Shown piece after piece: positions 1-8,111 of a stretch of 56,562 nt of DNA. A program made the position numbers and the translations under genes. The notes under the pieces were generated by a model, which saw nothing but the letters and a program-made list of their open reading frames with translations, was not told the DNA's origin and did not search any database. Location: positions 1-56,562 of IMG/VR virus record IMGVR_UViG_3300045988_087505. The stretch is one strand, 5' to 3'. The DNA is from a virus. Within the stretch, counting starts at the first letter, position 1, and the number at the start of each line of letters is the position of its first letter.

Positions 1-55
1 AGGAACAATACACAATAAGTTTAGATGTAAAAAGTGATGTTGCTCATACGACTAC
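1..55. repeat. Terminal overlap, identical to 56508..56562 (the contig closes into a 56507-bp circle)
   Basis: First and last 55 nt are identical base by base. The overlap lies inside an open tail-gene reading frame. Confidence 0.95.
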
Positions 56-2441
56 AGAAGGGGGTGTGGTACTGCTTAATTTTGTAGACAGTAAAAAACA
101 ACGTGTGCATGCTATCTGGGTGCCTGGTTCTTTTGCAACAGAATGGAAAAGAATAAATTATACATTTAACGTTCCTGAAAATAAAAATATTGCGGCACTC
201 TGGATTGGGCTACGAAACAATTCTAATAAGGTTGTGTATTTTAAGTATTTAAAATTAGAAAAAGGTAATAAAGCTACAGACTGGACACCAGCACCGGAAG
301 ACATTGATTCCAGCATTTCAACCGTAGAGGGAAAAGTGACAACAGTAAGCAATCAGTACACATCACTTAATCAGTCGCTTACCAGCCTTACAGCAACAGT
401 AAATAGCAATACAACAAAGATTAATAGTAAAGCGGATGGAAGTACCGTTACCGCTTTACAGTCGAATATGACGGCTTTAACAGCTGATTTGAACGGATTT
501 AAAACTACTGTTAGCAGTACTTACTCAACAAAGACAGAACTTAATAATTTGCAGGTTGGTGGAAGAAATCTACTAACAAAAACAAATCAGGGTAAGACGT
601 ACTGGAGTTTTAATAAGCAGAATGGGACAGTAAGTATTGAATCATATGAAACTATCGGTGTGAAGATAAACTGTACAGTGGCATCAACCGGATATGCGGT
701 AATATTGTACGCATTTGAACAAAAACAAGTGAATCTGTTAGAACCAAATATGGAATATGTGTTGAGCTTTGATCTGATAAGCAGCAATACGGTTGCGGCA
801 TCGGTAAGAATATGTCAGCCGGATGCAACAGATATGTTAGCAAATGCGGTGGCATTTCATGTGGATGCTGGCACAAAATGGGTGCATAAGTCTGTAACAC
901 TTAGAACCAATGCATTGACATTAGATAAAAGCAATCAATTTGTTTATATAAATGGATTCAACAAGGTTGGGACAGTATGTTTCAAAAATCTGAAGCTTGA
1001 AAAAGGTAACAAAGCCACAGACTGGACACCAGCTCCTGAGGATGTGGATAGCAGTATTAAAAGTGTTGCAACAATCGCAAATCAGACAGCAAACAAATTC
1101 CAATGGATTGTCAAATCCGGAACATCAGCAACTGATTTTACCCTCACAGACAGGGTTGCAAGTTTGTTATCAGCAAAATTTGACATCGACGCATTAACAA
1201 CATTTAAAAATTCTGCTTCAAATGGTACAAGTACGGTTATTAATGGTGGGGCAATTAAAGCGAACACGATTACAGCAGACAAAATTAAAGTGGACAGCTT
1301 GCAAGCCATTTCAGCAAAAATCGGCGGATGGAAAATTAATTCCACATCTTTATACACAGACATTGTGGCATCTGACGGCTATTTAAGGAGAGGTTACTTG
1401 CAAACTCCATTTAAAACAAATCCGGAAGAAACATGGATTTTTTCTGTTCAAAAAGGTGCAACAAAAGGAGAAACTCCAACCACCCTGAATGGATTATGGT
1501 ATGTAGATGGCAATGGAAACAATTATATGCAAAACTTAACTATTGCAGGAAAAATATTAAAAGATGTTATAAGTGATGGTTCTGTTACAGTCAACGGCTC
1601 ACAATTAAATGCAATGCAAAATCTTTGCATTGGAGCTTCAAGCATGTGGAGTGGATATTCAGTCCATTGCCACGGAAATGCTTTTATTGATGGGAAGAAT
1701 TACGTTAATGGAGATGTGGTTTGCAAAAATATGATTTTGGGACTTGGTGCAAGTACGGCGACTTACATGACGGCTGACACCTATGGGTCTACTAACTTTA
1801 TTGTAAATTCAAGTATTAGGCATGTTATAGGGCAGAGCGAAGATACATTTTACAACAAATCTCATTTTGCTGGAAGCCAATATCCTCAGATTTATGGGAA
1901 CGGAACGTATTTAATTTTTGGATATGGAAATTCACAAAGTTTGCAGTTAGATAACAGTAAACGCTTTATGCCGGTCGCAGACAATTCTTATACATTAGGT
2001 TATTCTGGCTATCGCTGGAAACAGATTTATGCAGCGGCTGGAAGCATATCTACATCGGATCGAAATGCAAAAAAAGATATTACTGAATTAGATAACCAAT
2101 CTTATGATTTTGTTATGGGGTTAAAACCATCGAGATACAGGTTTATTGAAAATGATAGTAATAGAATACATTATGGATTGATAGCACAGGATGTTGAAGA
2201 ACTGTTAGGAAATCTTGGAATTGCTACATCTGATTTTGCAGGATTTGTAAAAAGTCCAAAAGTACAGGTCGATGAAAGCACAAGAAAAGAAACAGTAATC
2301 GATGGAGAGTATGAGTATGGTTTAAGGTATGAGGAATTTATAGCACCAATTATAAAGGTGTTACAGATGCAGGATAAGAAAATAAAAAATTTAGACAATA
2401 TGGTAACACATCTGATCGGAATTGCTATGAACCATAGTTAA
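3..2441 (+). CDS. Tail fibre / receptor-binding protein, C-terminal part. It continues 54392..56562 across the circular junction (combined ORF 1518 aa).
   Basis: The frame of ORF 66..2441 is open back to base 3 and matches the frame of 54392.. once the overlap is removed. Two modules each run from LQ(I/V)GGRNL to KLEKGNKATDWTPAPED. The C-terminal SDRNAKKDI...GLIAQDVEE resembles the peptidase S74 intramolecular-chaperone domain of tail fibres/spikes. Confidence 0.85.
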   Translation, partial: EQYTISLDVKSDVAHTTTEGGVVLLNFVDSKKQRVHAIWVPGSFATEWKRINYTFNVPENKNIAALWIGLRNNSNKVVYFKYLKLEKGNKATDWTPAPEDIDSSISTVEGKVTTVSNQYTSLNQSLTSLTATVNSNTTKINSKADGSTVTALQSNMTALTADLNGFKTTVSSTYSTKTELNNLQVGGRNLLTKTNQGKTYWSFNKQNGTVSIESYETIGVKINCTVASTGYAVILYAFEQKQVNLLEPNMEYVLSFDLISSNTVAASVRICQPDATDMLANAVAFHVDAGTKWVHKSVTLRTNALTLDKSNQFVYINGFNKVGTVCFKNLKLEKGNKATDWTPAPEDVDSSIKSVATIANQTANKFQWIVKSGTSATDFTLTDRVASLLSAKFDIDALTTFKNSASNGTSTVINGGAIKANTITADKIKVDSLQAISAKIGGWKINSTSLYTDIVASDGYLRRGYLQTPFKTNPEETWIFSVQKGATKGETPTTLNGLWYVDGNGNNYMQNLTIAGKILKDVISDGSVTVNGSQLNAMQNLCIGASSMWSGYSVHCHGNAFIDGKNYVNGDVVCKNMILGLGASTATYMTADTYGSTNFIVNSSIRHVIGQSEDTFYNKSHFAGSQYPQIYGNGTYLIFGYGNSQSLQLDNSKRFMPVADNSYTLGYSGYRWKQIYAAAGSISTSDRNAKKDITELDNQSYDFVMGLKPSRYRFIENDSNRIHYGLIAQDVEELLGNLGIATSDFAGFVKSPKVQVDESTRKETVIDGEYEYGLRYEEFIAPIIKVLQMQDKKIKNLDNMVTHLIGIAMNHS

Positions 2442-2492
2442 TTCTACTACGATATTTAATATCGCATTATTATAAAATGGAGGTATTTTATC

Positions 2493-2726
2493 ATGTTAAA
2501 CTACACAAAAAGTACAACTTTTACAGGTACAGTTGAGGTTGAGACAGTCACAGAAATGGGAACACAGCGGGAACCGGTTGCTTATCTTTCCGCATCCATC
2601 CCGGAAGATGGTACACCTAATGTAAGTAAGTCCATTCAGAACAAAGACCTTTATCTGAAACACAAAACAGAAGTAGACAAGGATATGCAGGAATTCGAAG
2701 ACATCGCATGGGCACAGGTAATCTAG
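2493..2726 (+). CDS. Hypothetical protein downstream of the tail fibre
   Basis: ATG preceded by GGAGG; same strand and tight spacing in the late operon. Confidence 0.65.
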   Translation: MLNYTKSTTFTGTVEVETVTEMGTQREPVAYLSASIPEDGTPNVSKSIQNKDLYLKHKTEVDKDMQEFEDIAWAQVI

Positions 2727-2736
2727 GAGGTTAAAG

Positions 2737-3084
2737 ATGAAAAATTCAGAAATTATCGCAAATATTAACGGACTTAATAAGTTAGCTGAATCGGGAAAAC
2801 AATTCCCGGTTCGTGTTAATTACGCAATCAGTAAGAACATGAGAGAACTCATGAGATTTTATGAGGCTTATGAGCCGGAGAGAAAGAAAATCATGGATGA
2901 TTTCGACAACAAATCGGATGCAGAAAAAGAAGAAACAGCCGCGAAGCTAAATGAACTTCTCGAGATTGATAACGAAGATGTAAATATTCACAAAATCTCA
3001 ATCCATGACCTTGAAGCGTCCGGAAACATGACGATTGAAGAATTTAAAAGCATTGAATTTATGATTAATGATGAGGAGGAATAA
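2737..3084 (+). CDS. Hypothetical protein (tail-fibre/lysis-cassette position)
   Basis: AGGAGG RBS; 10-nt gap to the previous gene. Confidence 0.65.
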   Translation: MKNSEIIANINGLNKLAESGKQFPVRVNYAISKNMRELMRFYEAYEPERKKIMDDFDNKSDAEKEETAAKLNELLEIDNEDVNIHKISIHDLEASGNMTIEEFKSIEFMINDEEE

Positions 3085-3086
3085 TC

Positions 3087-4028
3087 ATGGCAATTTATAA
3101 TGTACACGGTGGTCACTCACTTTATTGCATTGGAGCAGTAGGTATTATCAATGAAGTGACCGAAGATCGAAAAGTAAAAAACAAATTAATTGAATTATTA
3201 CAGGCGGCAGGACACACAGTTTATGACTGTACAGATGACGTAGGAAAGACGCAGGGAGACAATCTTGCATCTATTGTAGCAAAGTGCAACTCTCATTCTG
3301 TAGATCTGGACATTTCCATCCATCTCAATTCCGGAAGAAATGATTGCTCTGGTGACGGTTCTACCGGCGGAGTGGAAGTGTACGGCTATAATAACGATGT
3401 ATCTGAAGTTGGAAATAAAATCTGCGAGGAAATTTCTTCCACACTTGGAATCCGAAACAGGGGATTCAAGATTAGCACTGACCTTTACGTCCTGAAACGG
3501 ACACGTTCCAAAGCAATCCTTATTGAGTGCTGCTTTGTGGATGATAAGGATGATGCAGACAGGTGGGATGCCGGAAAGTGTGCAGAAGCAATAGCAAAAG
3601 GACTGGGGATTTCTTCTCAAAGCACAATTTCTTATAATAACAAATGGAATGTCGGAGATGTAGTCAGCTACGGAACATCTTATCCAGCTCCAACACTTCC
3701 TTGCGGTTATGAGTCTGCTACTGGCGGATGTGGCAACGGGAAAATTATCGCAATCGTGAATGGACAGGCAAAGTATCAGATGAGTACCGGAGTGTACTGT
3801 AATGACGGCGATATTATTGGACGTTATAACGAGCCGGTTTATTACCCGAAATATAGCGGTAATTCGGGTAGTATTGCGGATGCCTTAAACAGTATGGGTT
3901 ATGATGGCTCGTTTGCAAATAGGGGCAAAATTGCGGCTCACAATGGCATTTCTAACTATAAAGGTAGTGCTGACCAAAATTCAAAACTTCTCAGTCTGTT
4001 GAAAAGCGGAAAATTAATAAAATCATAA
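3087..4028 (+). CDS. Endolysin, N-acetylmuramoyl-L-alanine amidase (Amidase_3-like N-terminus plus C-terminal wall-binding region)
   Basis: MAIYNVHGGHS..., DISIHLNSG and ILIECCFVDD are typical of CwlA-type amidases. It sits after the tail genes. Confidence 0.85.
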   Translation: MAIYNVHGGHSLYCIGAVGIINEVTEDRKVKNKLIELLQAAGHTVYDCTDDVGKTQGDNLASIVAKCNSHSVDLDISIHLNSGRNDCSGDGSTGGVEVYGYNNDVSEVGNKICEEISSTLGIRNRGFKISTDLYVLKRTRSKAILIECCFVDDKDDADRWDAGKCAEAIAKGLGISSQSTISYNNKWNVGDVVSYGTSYPAPTLPCGYESATGGCGNGKIIAIVNGQAKYQMSTGVYCNDGDIIGRYNEPVYYPKYSGNSGSIADALNSMGYDGSFANRGKIAAHNGISNYKGSADQNSKLLSLLKSGKLIKS

Positions 4029-4040
4029 TCATGTGTTTAT

Positions 4041-4073
4041 GGGAAGTGCTTCGGTGCTTCCCTTTATTTTTTT
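4041..4073 (+). terminator. Intrinsic terminator after the endolysin gene
   Basis: GGGAAGTGC-ttcg-GTGCTTCCC (two G.U pairs) followed by TTTATTTTTTT. Confidence 0.8.
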
Positions 4074-4079
4074 GTTTAT

Positions 4080-4108
4080 TTGACAAAACATACAAAATAT
4101 TGTACAAT
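4080..4108 (+). promoter_or_regulatory. Sigma-A-type promoter for 4141..4929
   Basis: TTGACA, 17 nt, TACAAT. Confidence 0.6.
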
Positions 4109-4140
4109 AGTTTAAAAATTTAGAAAATAGGAGGAATAGA

Positions 4141-4929
4141 ATGAAAAGCAAAGAAAGTGAAACAAAAACTTGCAAATATTGTAAGTCAGAAATTCCAAAA
4201 GGTGCAAAAATATGCCCGAATTGCAGAAAAAAACAGAGCCACATAAAAGGAATACTTGTAACTTTTATTATCCTGTGTTTTCTGTTTGTAACAATTATTG
4301 GTCACAACTCAAAAGAAAATGAAAACAGCACTGGAAAGGGAAGTTCTTCAAATGTGCATAACAAATCATCGAGCGAAGTTTCTGAGAGCGATTTTGAAAC
4401 AAAGAGCTATCTTTACAAAAATGAGTATGGCTCTTGCTACTACATTGTAGTAATTAAAAACACTTCGTCTGTAAATGCGTCTGTCTCCGGAAACGCAACA
4501 GCAAAGGATGCTAATGGAAATTCTATTGGAGCTGCGGACATGAGTATTGAAATCATAGGTGCAGGAGAAACATCTCTTGGCTATTTTGTTTTTGACAATT
4601 CAAGCGAGATAGTAACTGTAGATTGTTCATTGAAGTACAGTGCAAAAACGTATTACAATCCGGCAGTGTGCAATCTCGAAACTGTAAACACTGTAAACAA
4701 TGAAAATGTAGTCGTTACTGCGACAAATCGTGGTGAAAATTCGGCAAAATTTGTAGTTGCATATGCTATATTCTTTGATTCCTCAGATAATGTTGTTGAT
4801 TTTGATATGACCTACATTACGGACGCAAATGGAGAATTAAAACCAGGAGAAACACTTTCTGGTGAACTGAATTGTTATTCGCAATTCGACCATGTTGAGG
4901 TCTATTACGAAGGAAGAAGTGAAAAATAA
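4141..4929 (+). CDS. Zinc-ribbon membrane protein with an extracellular beta-rich domain (moron; possible exclusion/surface protein)
   Basis: CKYCKSEIPKGAKICPNCRKK zinc ribbon, one TM helix (ILVTFIILCFLFVTIIG), own promoter and terminators. Confidence 0.7.
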   Translation: MKSKESETKTCKYCKSEIPKGAKICPNCRKKQSHIKGILVTFIILCFLFVTIIGHNSKENENSTGKGSSSNVHNKSSSEVSESDFETKSYLYKNEYGSCYYIVVIKNTSSVNASVSGNATAKDANGNSIGAADMSIEIIGAGETSLGYFVFDNSSEIVTVDCSLKYSAKTYYNPAVCNLETVNTVNNENVVVTATNRGENSAKFVVAYAIFFDSSDNVVDFDMTYITDANGELKPGETLSGELNCYSQFDHVEVYYEGRSEK

Positions 4930-5014
4930 TGTCAAAACTTGCGGTCGAAAAAGATTGCAAGTGTATGTAAAATCGAATAAAATATAAGTGCCTTTCGAGG
5001 CACTTCAAGTTCTC

Positions 5015-5055
5015 AGAGGGTGGCATTTGATTGGCGTTGATGCTACCCTCTTTTT
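5015..5055 (+). terminator. Intrinsic terminator (12-bp stem), preceded by a smaller hairpin at 4986..5005
   Basis: AGAGGGTGGCAT...ATGCTACCCTCT followed by TTTTC. Confidence 0.7.
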
Positions 5056-5106
5056 CTGTATCTGCTATTGTCGAAAATTGTAGAATGTTAATTTATATCA
5101 ATGTTT

Positions 5107-5190
5107 ACAATAATTCTATATACCCCATACAAGCATCTGTTACTGATACTGATTCTGTTACTGTTATATATAAAAGTATATTATTATAAT
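5107..5190 (+). repeat. Copy A of a non-coding direct repeat shared with 35028..35130
   Basis: ACAATAAT..ATACCCCAT-N4-GCATCTGTT...CTGTT.TATAT...GTATATTATT is shared with copy B in the same orientation. Confidence 0.75.
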
Positions 5191-5243
5191 ATAATATAAG
5201 TCTAAAAAAGAAGTGAATACTGCTCATATTTTTTAACGCAAGA

Positions 5244-5272
5244 TTGACATTCATTACTCAAAATGGTATCAT
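5244..5272 (+). promoter_or_regulatory. Promoter of the ltp-like gene
   Basis: TTGACA, 17 nt, TATCAT. Confidence 0.6.
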
Positions 5273-5303
5273 ATTGGCAATTAAAAAATAACACAAGAGG
5301 AGA

Positions 5304-5888
5304 ATGATGATGAGAAAATCAAACTTAATTGGAACAGTTGCACTATTAACTATGTTGCTTCTTTCGGGTTGTGGCGGATCTCAGGACCGTACCGGGGCGG
5401 ACCATACCGGGACGACAACGGAAGTGGAAACAACAAAATTAGAAGATGATAACATATCTATTGGGAAAAGAAATGCACTTGAATCAGCCAAAGACTTTTT
5501 AACGTATGATTGGTCGTACAATGGATTATATGACCAGTTGGAATATGAGGGGTACACAGATGAAGAAATAAAATATGCGTTGGATAACTGCGAAGCAGAT
5601 TGGAAAAAGAATGCAGTGGGTATGGCAAAAAGTTACTTAGGTCATTCAAGTTTTTCATATGATGGTTTGCGTAAACAGCTTATTGAGTATGATAAATACA
5701 CTGAGGACGAAGCTAAATATGGAGTAGAGAATTGTGGCGCTGATTGGAACGAAGAAGCTAAGAGAATGGCGGAAAAATGGCTGGAAACAGACATAAATTT
5801 TTCTAGCCAAGGACTTTATAAACAATTAATTTTTGCTGGATTCACCGAAAAACAGGCAGAGTACGGCGTTACCGCAGTAGGATATTAA
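5304..5888 (+). CDS. ltp: Ltp-type superinfection-exclusion lipoprotein with three Ltp repeats
   Basis: Lipobox LLSGC. Three units of the form A..AK.YL....FSY.GL..QL.Y..YT..EA.Y.V.NC.ADW, as in Streptococcus phage TP-J34 Ltp (which has two). Confidence 0.8.
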   Translation: MMMRKSNLIGTVALLTMLLLSGCGGSQDRTGADHTGTTTEVETTKLEDDNISIGKRNALESAKDFLTYDWSYNGLYDQLEYEGYTDEEIKYALDNCEADWKKNAVGMAKSYLGHSSFSYDGLRKQLIEYDKYTEDEAKYGVENCGADWNEEAKRMAEKWLETDINFSSQGLYKQLIFAGFTEKQAEYGVTAVGY

Positions 5889-5911
5889 AAGGGCGTTCAG
5901 CCCTTTTTTTT
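5887..5911 (+). terminator. Intrinsic terminator after ltp
   Basis: AAAAGGGC-gttca-GCCCTTTTTTTT. Confidence 0.8.
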
Positions 5912-6030
5912 ATGCCATAAAACTCCCTAAACAAACTATAACCCAGAAAATTTTTCATTACAAGTCTATTTTTTGCACTTCGTGCATATTATAATAATAG
6001 GGAAATCAATAAATTTGGAGGTAATAACTT

Positions 6031-6138
6031 ATGAATGAAGAAGATTATAAGCAGCAGATTAAAGACTTGGTCGATAAATGTGATAACCTACACTGGCTAG
6101 AGACAATCTATGCTTACATAAAAACACTTTTAAAATGA
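6031..6138 (+). CDS. Small hypothetical protein (35 aa)
   Basis: GGAGG RBS 8 nt upstream of the ATG; followed by a terminator; below the ORF-track size cut-off. Confidence 0.4.
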   Translation: MNEEDYKQQIKDLVDKCDNLHWLETIYAYIKTLLK

Positions 6139-6144
6139 TAAAGC

Positions 6145-6168
6145 CGGGGATTTCTCCCCGACTTTTTT
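6145..6168. terminator. Hairpin terminator shared by the convergent genes 6031..6138 (+) and the repressor (-)
   Basis: CGGGGA-tttc-TCCCCG then ACTTTTTT. Confidence 0.65.
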
Positions 6169-6529
6169 ACTTTGATGATATTAAATCAATCAATTTTTCT
6201 AAACTTTCCCAATCGCTTTCATTGAGCTTTGACAATGCACTCACAAGCCTGTGTTTGAAATTGTCTTCCCCACTTCTCTGGATTTCTCCAAGCATTTCAG
6301 CAATCTGTTCATCTTTTGATTTTTGGATAATCATTTCTCCATTTCCTGTTCTTAGCCATTCCTCATTTACTTCAAATTCTCTACAAATATCGGAAATAGT
6401 TCTTTCGGACGGAGTTTTTGTCCCAATTTCTACTTGAGCAATAAAGTTTCGTGATAAACCAATTCGTTTAGAAAACTCTTCTTGTGTCATATTTAAGGAT
6501 TTCCTTAGATTTTTTATCCTTTCATTCAT
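6167..6529 (-). CDS. CI-like repressor, XRE-family HTH
   Basis: MNERIKNLRKSLNMTQEEFSKRIGLSRNFIAQVEIG is a classic HTH_3. The ATG at 6529 has an AGGAGGG RBS; the track start at 6547 is a GTG inside the RBS. Confidence 0.85.
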   Translation of the reverse strand: MNERIKNLRKSLNMTQEEFSKRIGLSRNFIAQVEIGTKTPSERTISDICREFEVNEEWLRTGNGEMIIQKSKDEQIAEMLGEIQRSGEDNFKHRLVSALSKLNESDWESLEKLIDLISSK

Positions 6530-6551
6530 TTTCAACCCTCCTTTCACTATT

Positions 6552-6619
6552 ACTATACAATAAAAAAGTCCCTAAGTCAACAAAAAACTATTGACAAAAT
6601 GTTTCTGAGGGACTATACT
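6552..6619. promoter_or_regulatory. Divergent switch region with back-to-back promoters, each carrying AGGGACT in its spacer
   Basis: Plus strand: TTGACA (6591-6596), 17 nt, TATACT (6614-6619). Minus strand: TTGACT (6574-6579), 17 nt, TATAGT (6552-6557). AGTCCCT at 6567-6573 and AGGGACT at 6608-6614 form an inverted pair. Confidence 0.65.
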
Positions 6620-6652
6620 ATGTTTACAAGGTCAACAAAAGGAGGTGAAAAC

Positions 6653-7357
6653 ATGAACGAACTAACACAGAAATATCTCGACAGCAGAGAAGTGGCTGAA
6701 ATGGTAGACAAGCAGCATAATGACTTACTCAAAGATATTCGTAGATATATCGAGCAATTAGGTGAGGGAAATATTCCCCACACCGACTTTTTCACAGAAA
6801 GTCAGTACACAGACAAGTCTAACAGACAGAAACCTTGTTATCTTGTCACAAAGAAAGGGTGCGAATTTATCGCACACAAGTTGACCGGTGTAAAAGGAAC
6901 GGAGTTTACAGCGAAGTACATAAACAGATTTCACGAAATGGAAGATGTTATTAATACACAGCTTCCAAGTGGAAATGATTTAATTGCACTTGCTGTCATT
7001 GAGGCACAGAAAATGCTTGCTGAAAAGGATAAGCAGATTGAGGAAATGAAGCCAAAAGCAGAATTCTTTGATGCCGTAGCAGACAGCAAGACGGCAATTT
7101 CCATGAATGAGGTATCAAAAGTTCTCGGAATTAAGGGGTACGGAAGAAACAATCTGTTTGAGTTTCTTAGAAATAACGGAATACTGGACAGATGGAATGT
7201 ACCATATCAGCGATACATTGATGCAAGGTGGTTTCGAGTGGTCGAACAGAAGTATATGAAAAACGGAGAACCTTTTGTATCAACCAAAACACTGGTTTAT
7301 CAGAAGGGAGTTGAAGCAATTAGAAAGAAAATTTTGGAAGGAGGCGAGATCGCATGA
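6653..7357 (+). CDS. Antirepressor / Rha-family regulator with a KilAC (ANT) C-terminal domain
   Basis: LDSREVAEMVDKQHNDLLKDIRRYI (Rha-like N-terminus) and FFDAVADSKTAISMNEVSKVLGIKGYGRNNLFEFLR (KilAC). GGAGG RBS before the ATG at 6653. Confidence 0.8.
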   Translation: MNELTQKYLDSREVAEMVDKQHNDLLKDIRRYIEQLGEGNIPHTDFFTESQYTDKSNRQKPCYLVTKKGCEFIAHKLTGVKGTEFTAKYINRFHEMEDVINTQLPSGNDLIALAVIEAQKMLAEKDKQIEEMKPKAEFFDAVADSKTAISMNEVSKVLGIKGYGRNNLFEFLRNNGILDRWNVPYQRYIDARWFRVVEQKYMKNGEPFVSTKTLVYQKGVEAIRKKILEGGEIA

Positions 7358-7515
7358 GTGAAAAAGAAAAAGAAATTGTGGAAAAGTTAAAGGAGGCAAT
7401 TCCTAAAATGTCGGATTTTGACAAGGGTTACATACTTGGAAAGGTCGAGAATATGGCAGAACAGAAAAAGAACAGCGATGCGGATGCTGGAAAGGAGGAC
7501 TATGAAACAACCTAA
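7354..7515 (+). CDS. Small hypothetical protein (53 aa)
   Basis: ATGA overlap with the preceding stop; translated by hand; below the track cut-off. Confidence 0.45.
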   Translation: MSEKEKEIVEKLKEAIPKMSDFDKGYILGKVENMAEQKKNSDADAGKEDYETT

Positions 7516-7744
7516 AAAGCTGACAAGAGAGCAGAAACAAGTGGTATCGGCACACAGATTGAATCCGAATAACTGGATGTTGGCAGAAGAAACGGAATTT
7601 TACTTGAAACTCATTAATAAGGAGAACGGAAGAAAGAGATCTGTTGACAAATTTTTTAAAGGAGGAAAAACAAGTGGAAGTAAAGGTAAATATGACAGAG
7701 GTAACAGTACAGGACCTGTTAGACATGAAAGAAATGAAGAATAA
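7502..7744 (+). CDS. Small basic hypothetical protein (start chosen at MKQPKKLTREQK)
   Basis: AAGGAGG RBS before the ATG at 7502. An alternative small ORF at 7674..7793 overlaps its 3' end. Confidence 0.5.
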   Translation: MKQPKKLTREQKQVVSAHRLNPNNWMLAEETEFYLKLINKENGRKRSVDKFFKGGKTSGSKGKYDRGNSTGPVRHERNEE

Positions 7745-7793
7745 GGCAGTAGTCATTAATGATGGCAAAATCGTAGGATTTGAGGAGGAATAA

Positions 7794-8111
7794 ATGAGAA
7801 AAATAGAAGAACATGAAAAGGTGATTTACATTTTAGATAAAAATGAGAAACACATAATTTGCACAGAGACCAGTATTGGAATTAATGCAAAAATTGTAGA
7901 ATTGACGGCTTTAATATCATGCATCGTCTCTCATTCAGTAGATGCTGGAGTAAAATCTGGAATCGGAAAAAGAACAATGAAAATGCTGTTAAAAGAAGCA
8001 GTTGAAATCGGGCTTGATATTAATGATGCAAAATCTAGCAGGAGAAATGCTATGGAAATAAGAGATGATATTGAATCTATCTTAGATGATTTTTTTGGAG
8101 TAAAATCGTGA
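7794..8111 (+). CDS. Hypothetical early protein
   Basis: GAGGAGG RBS; operon context. Confidence 0.65.
   Translation: MRKIEEHEKVIYILDKNEKHIICTETSIGINAKIVELTALISCIVSHSVDAGVKSGIGKRTMKMLLKEAVEIGLDINDAKSSRRNAMEIRDDIESILDDFFGVKS

Noticed and set aside
1-55. The 55-bp terminal direct repeat might be a biological DTR, cos or pac terminus.
   Set aside because: It lies in the middle of an uninterrupted tail-fibre reading frame, and removing it restores a 1518-aa ORF. A short exact overlap of this kind is typical of a circular assembly closure, not of physical genome ends.
6135-6437. The plus-strand 100-aa ORF opposite the repressor gene might be a gene.
   Set aside because: It is antisense to a clear XRE-type HTH repressor, and its product is low-complexity S/L/F-rich.
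7674-7793. A 39-aa ORF (GTG start, AAAGGAGGA RBS) overlapping the 3' end of 7502..7744 might be a gene.
   Set aside because: It is plausible, but it cannot be distinguished from the overlapping ORF by sequence alone, so it is not listed as a feature.
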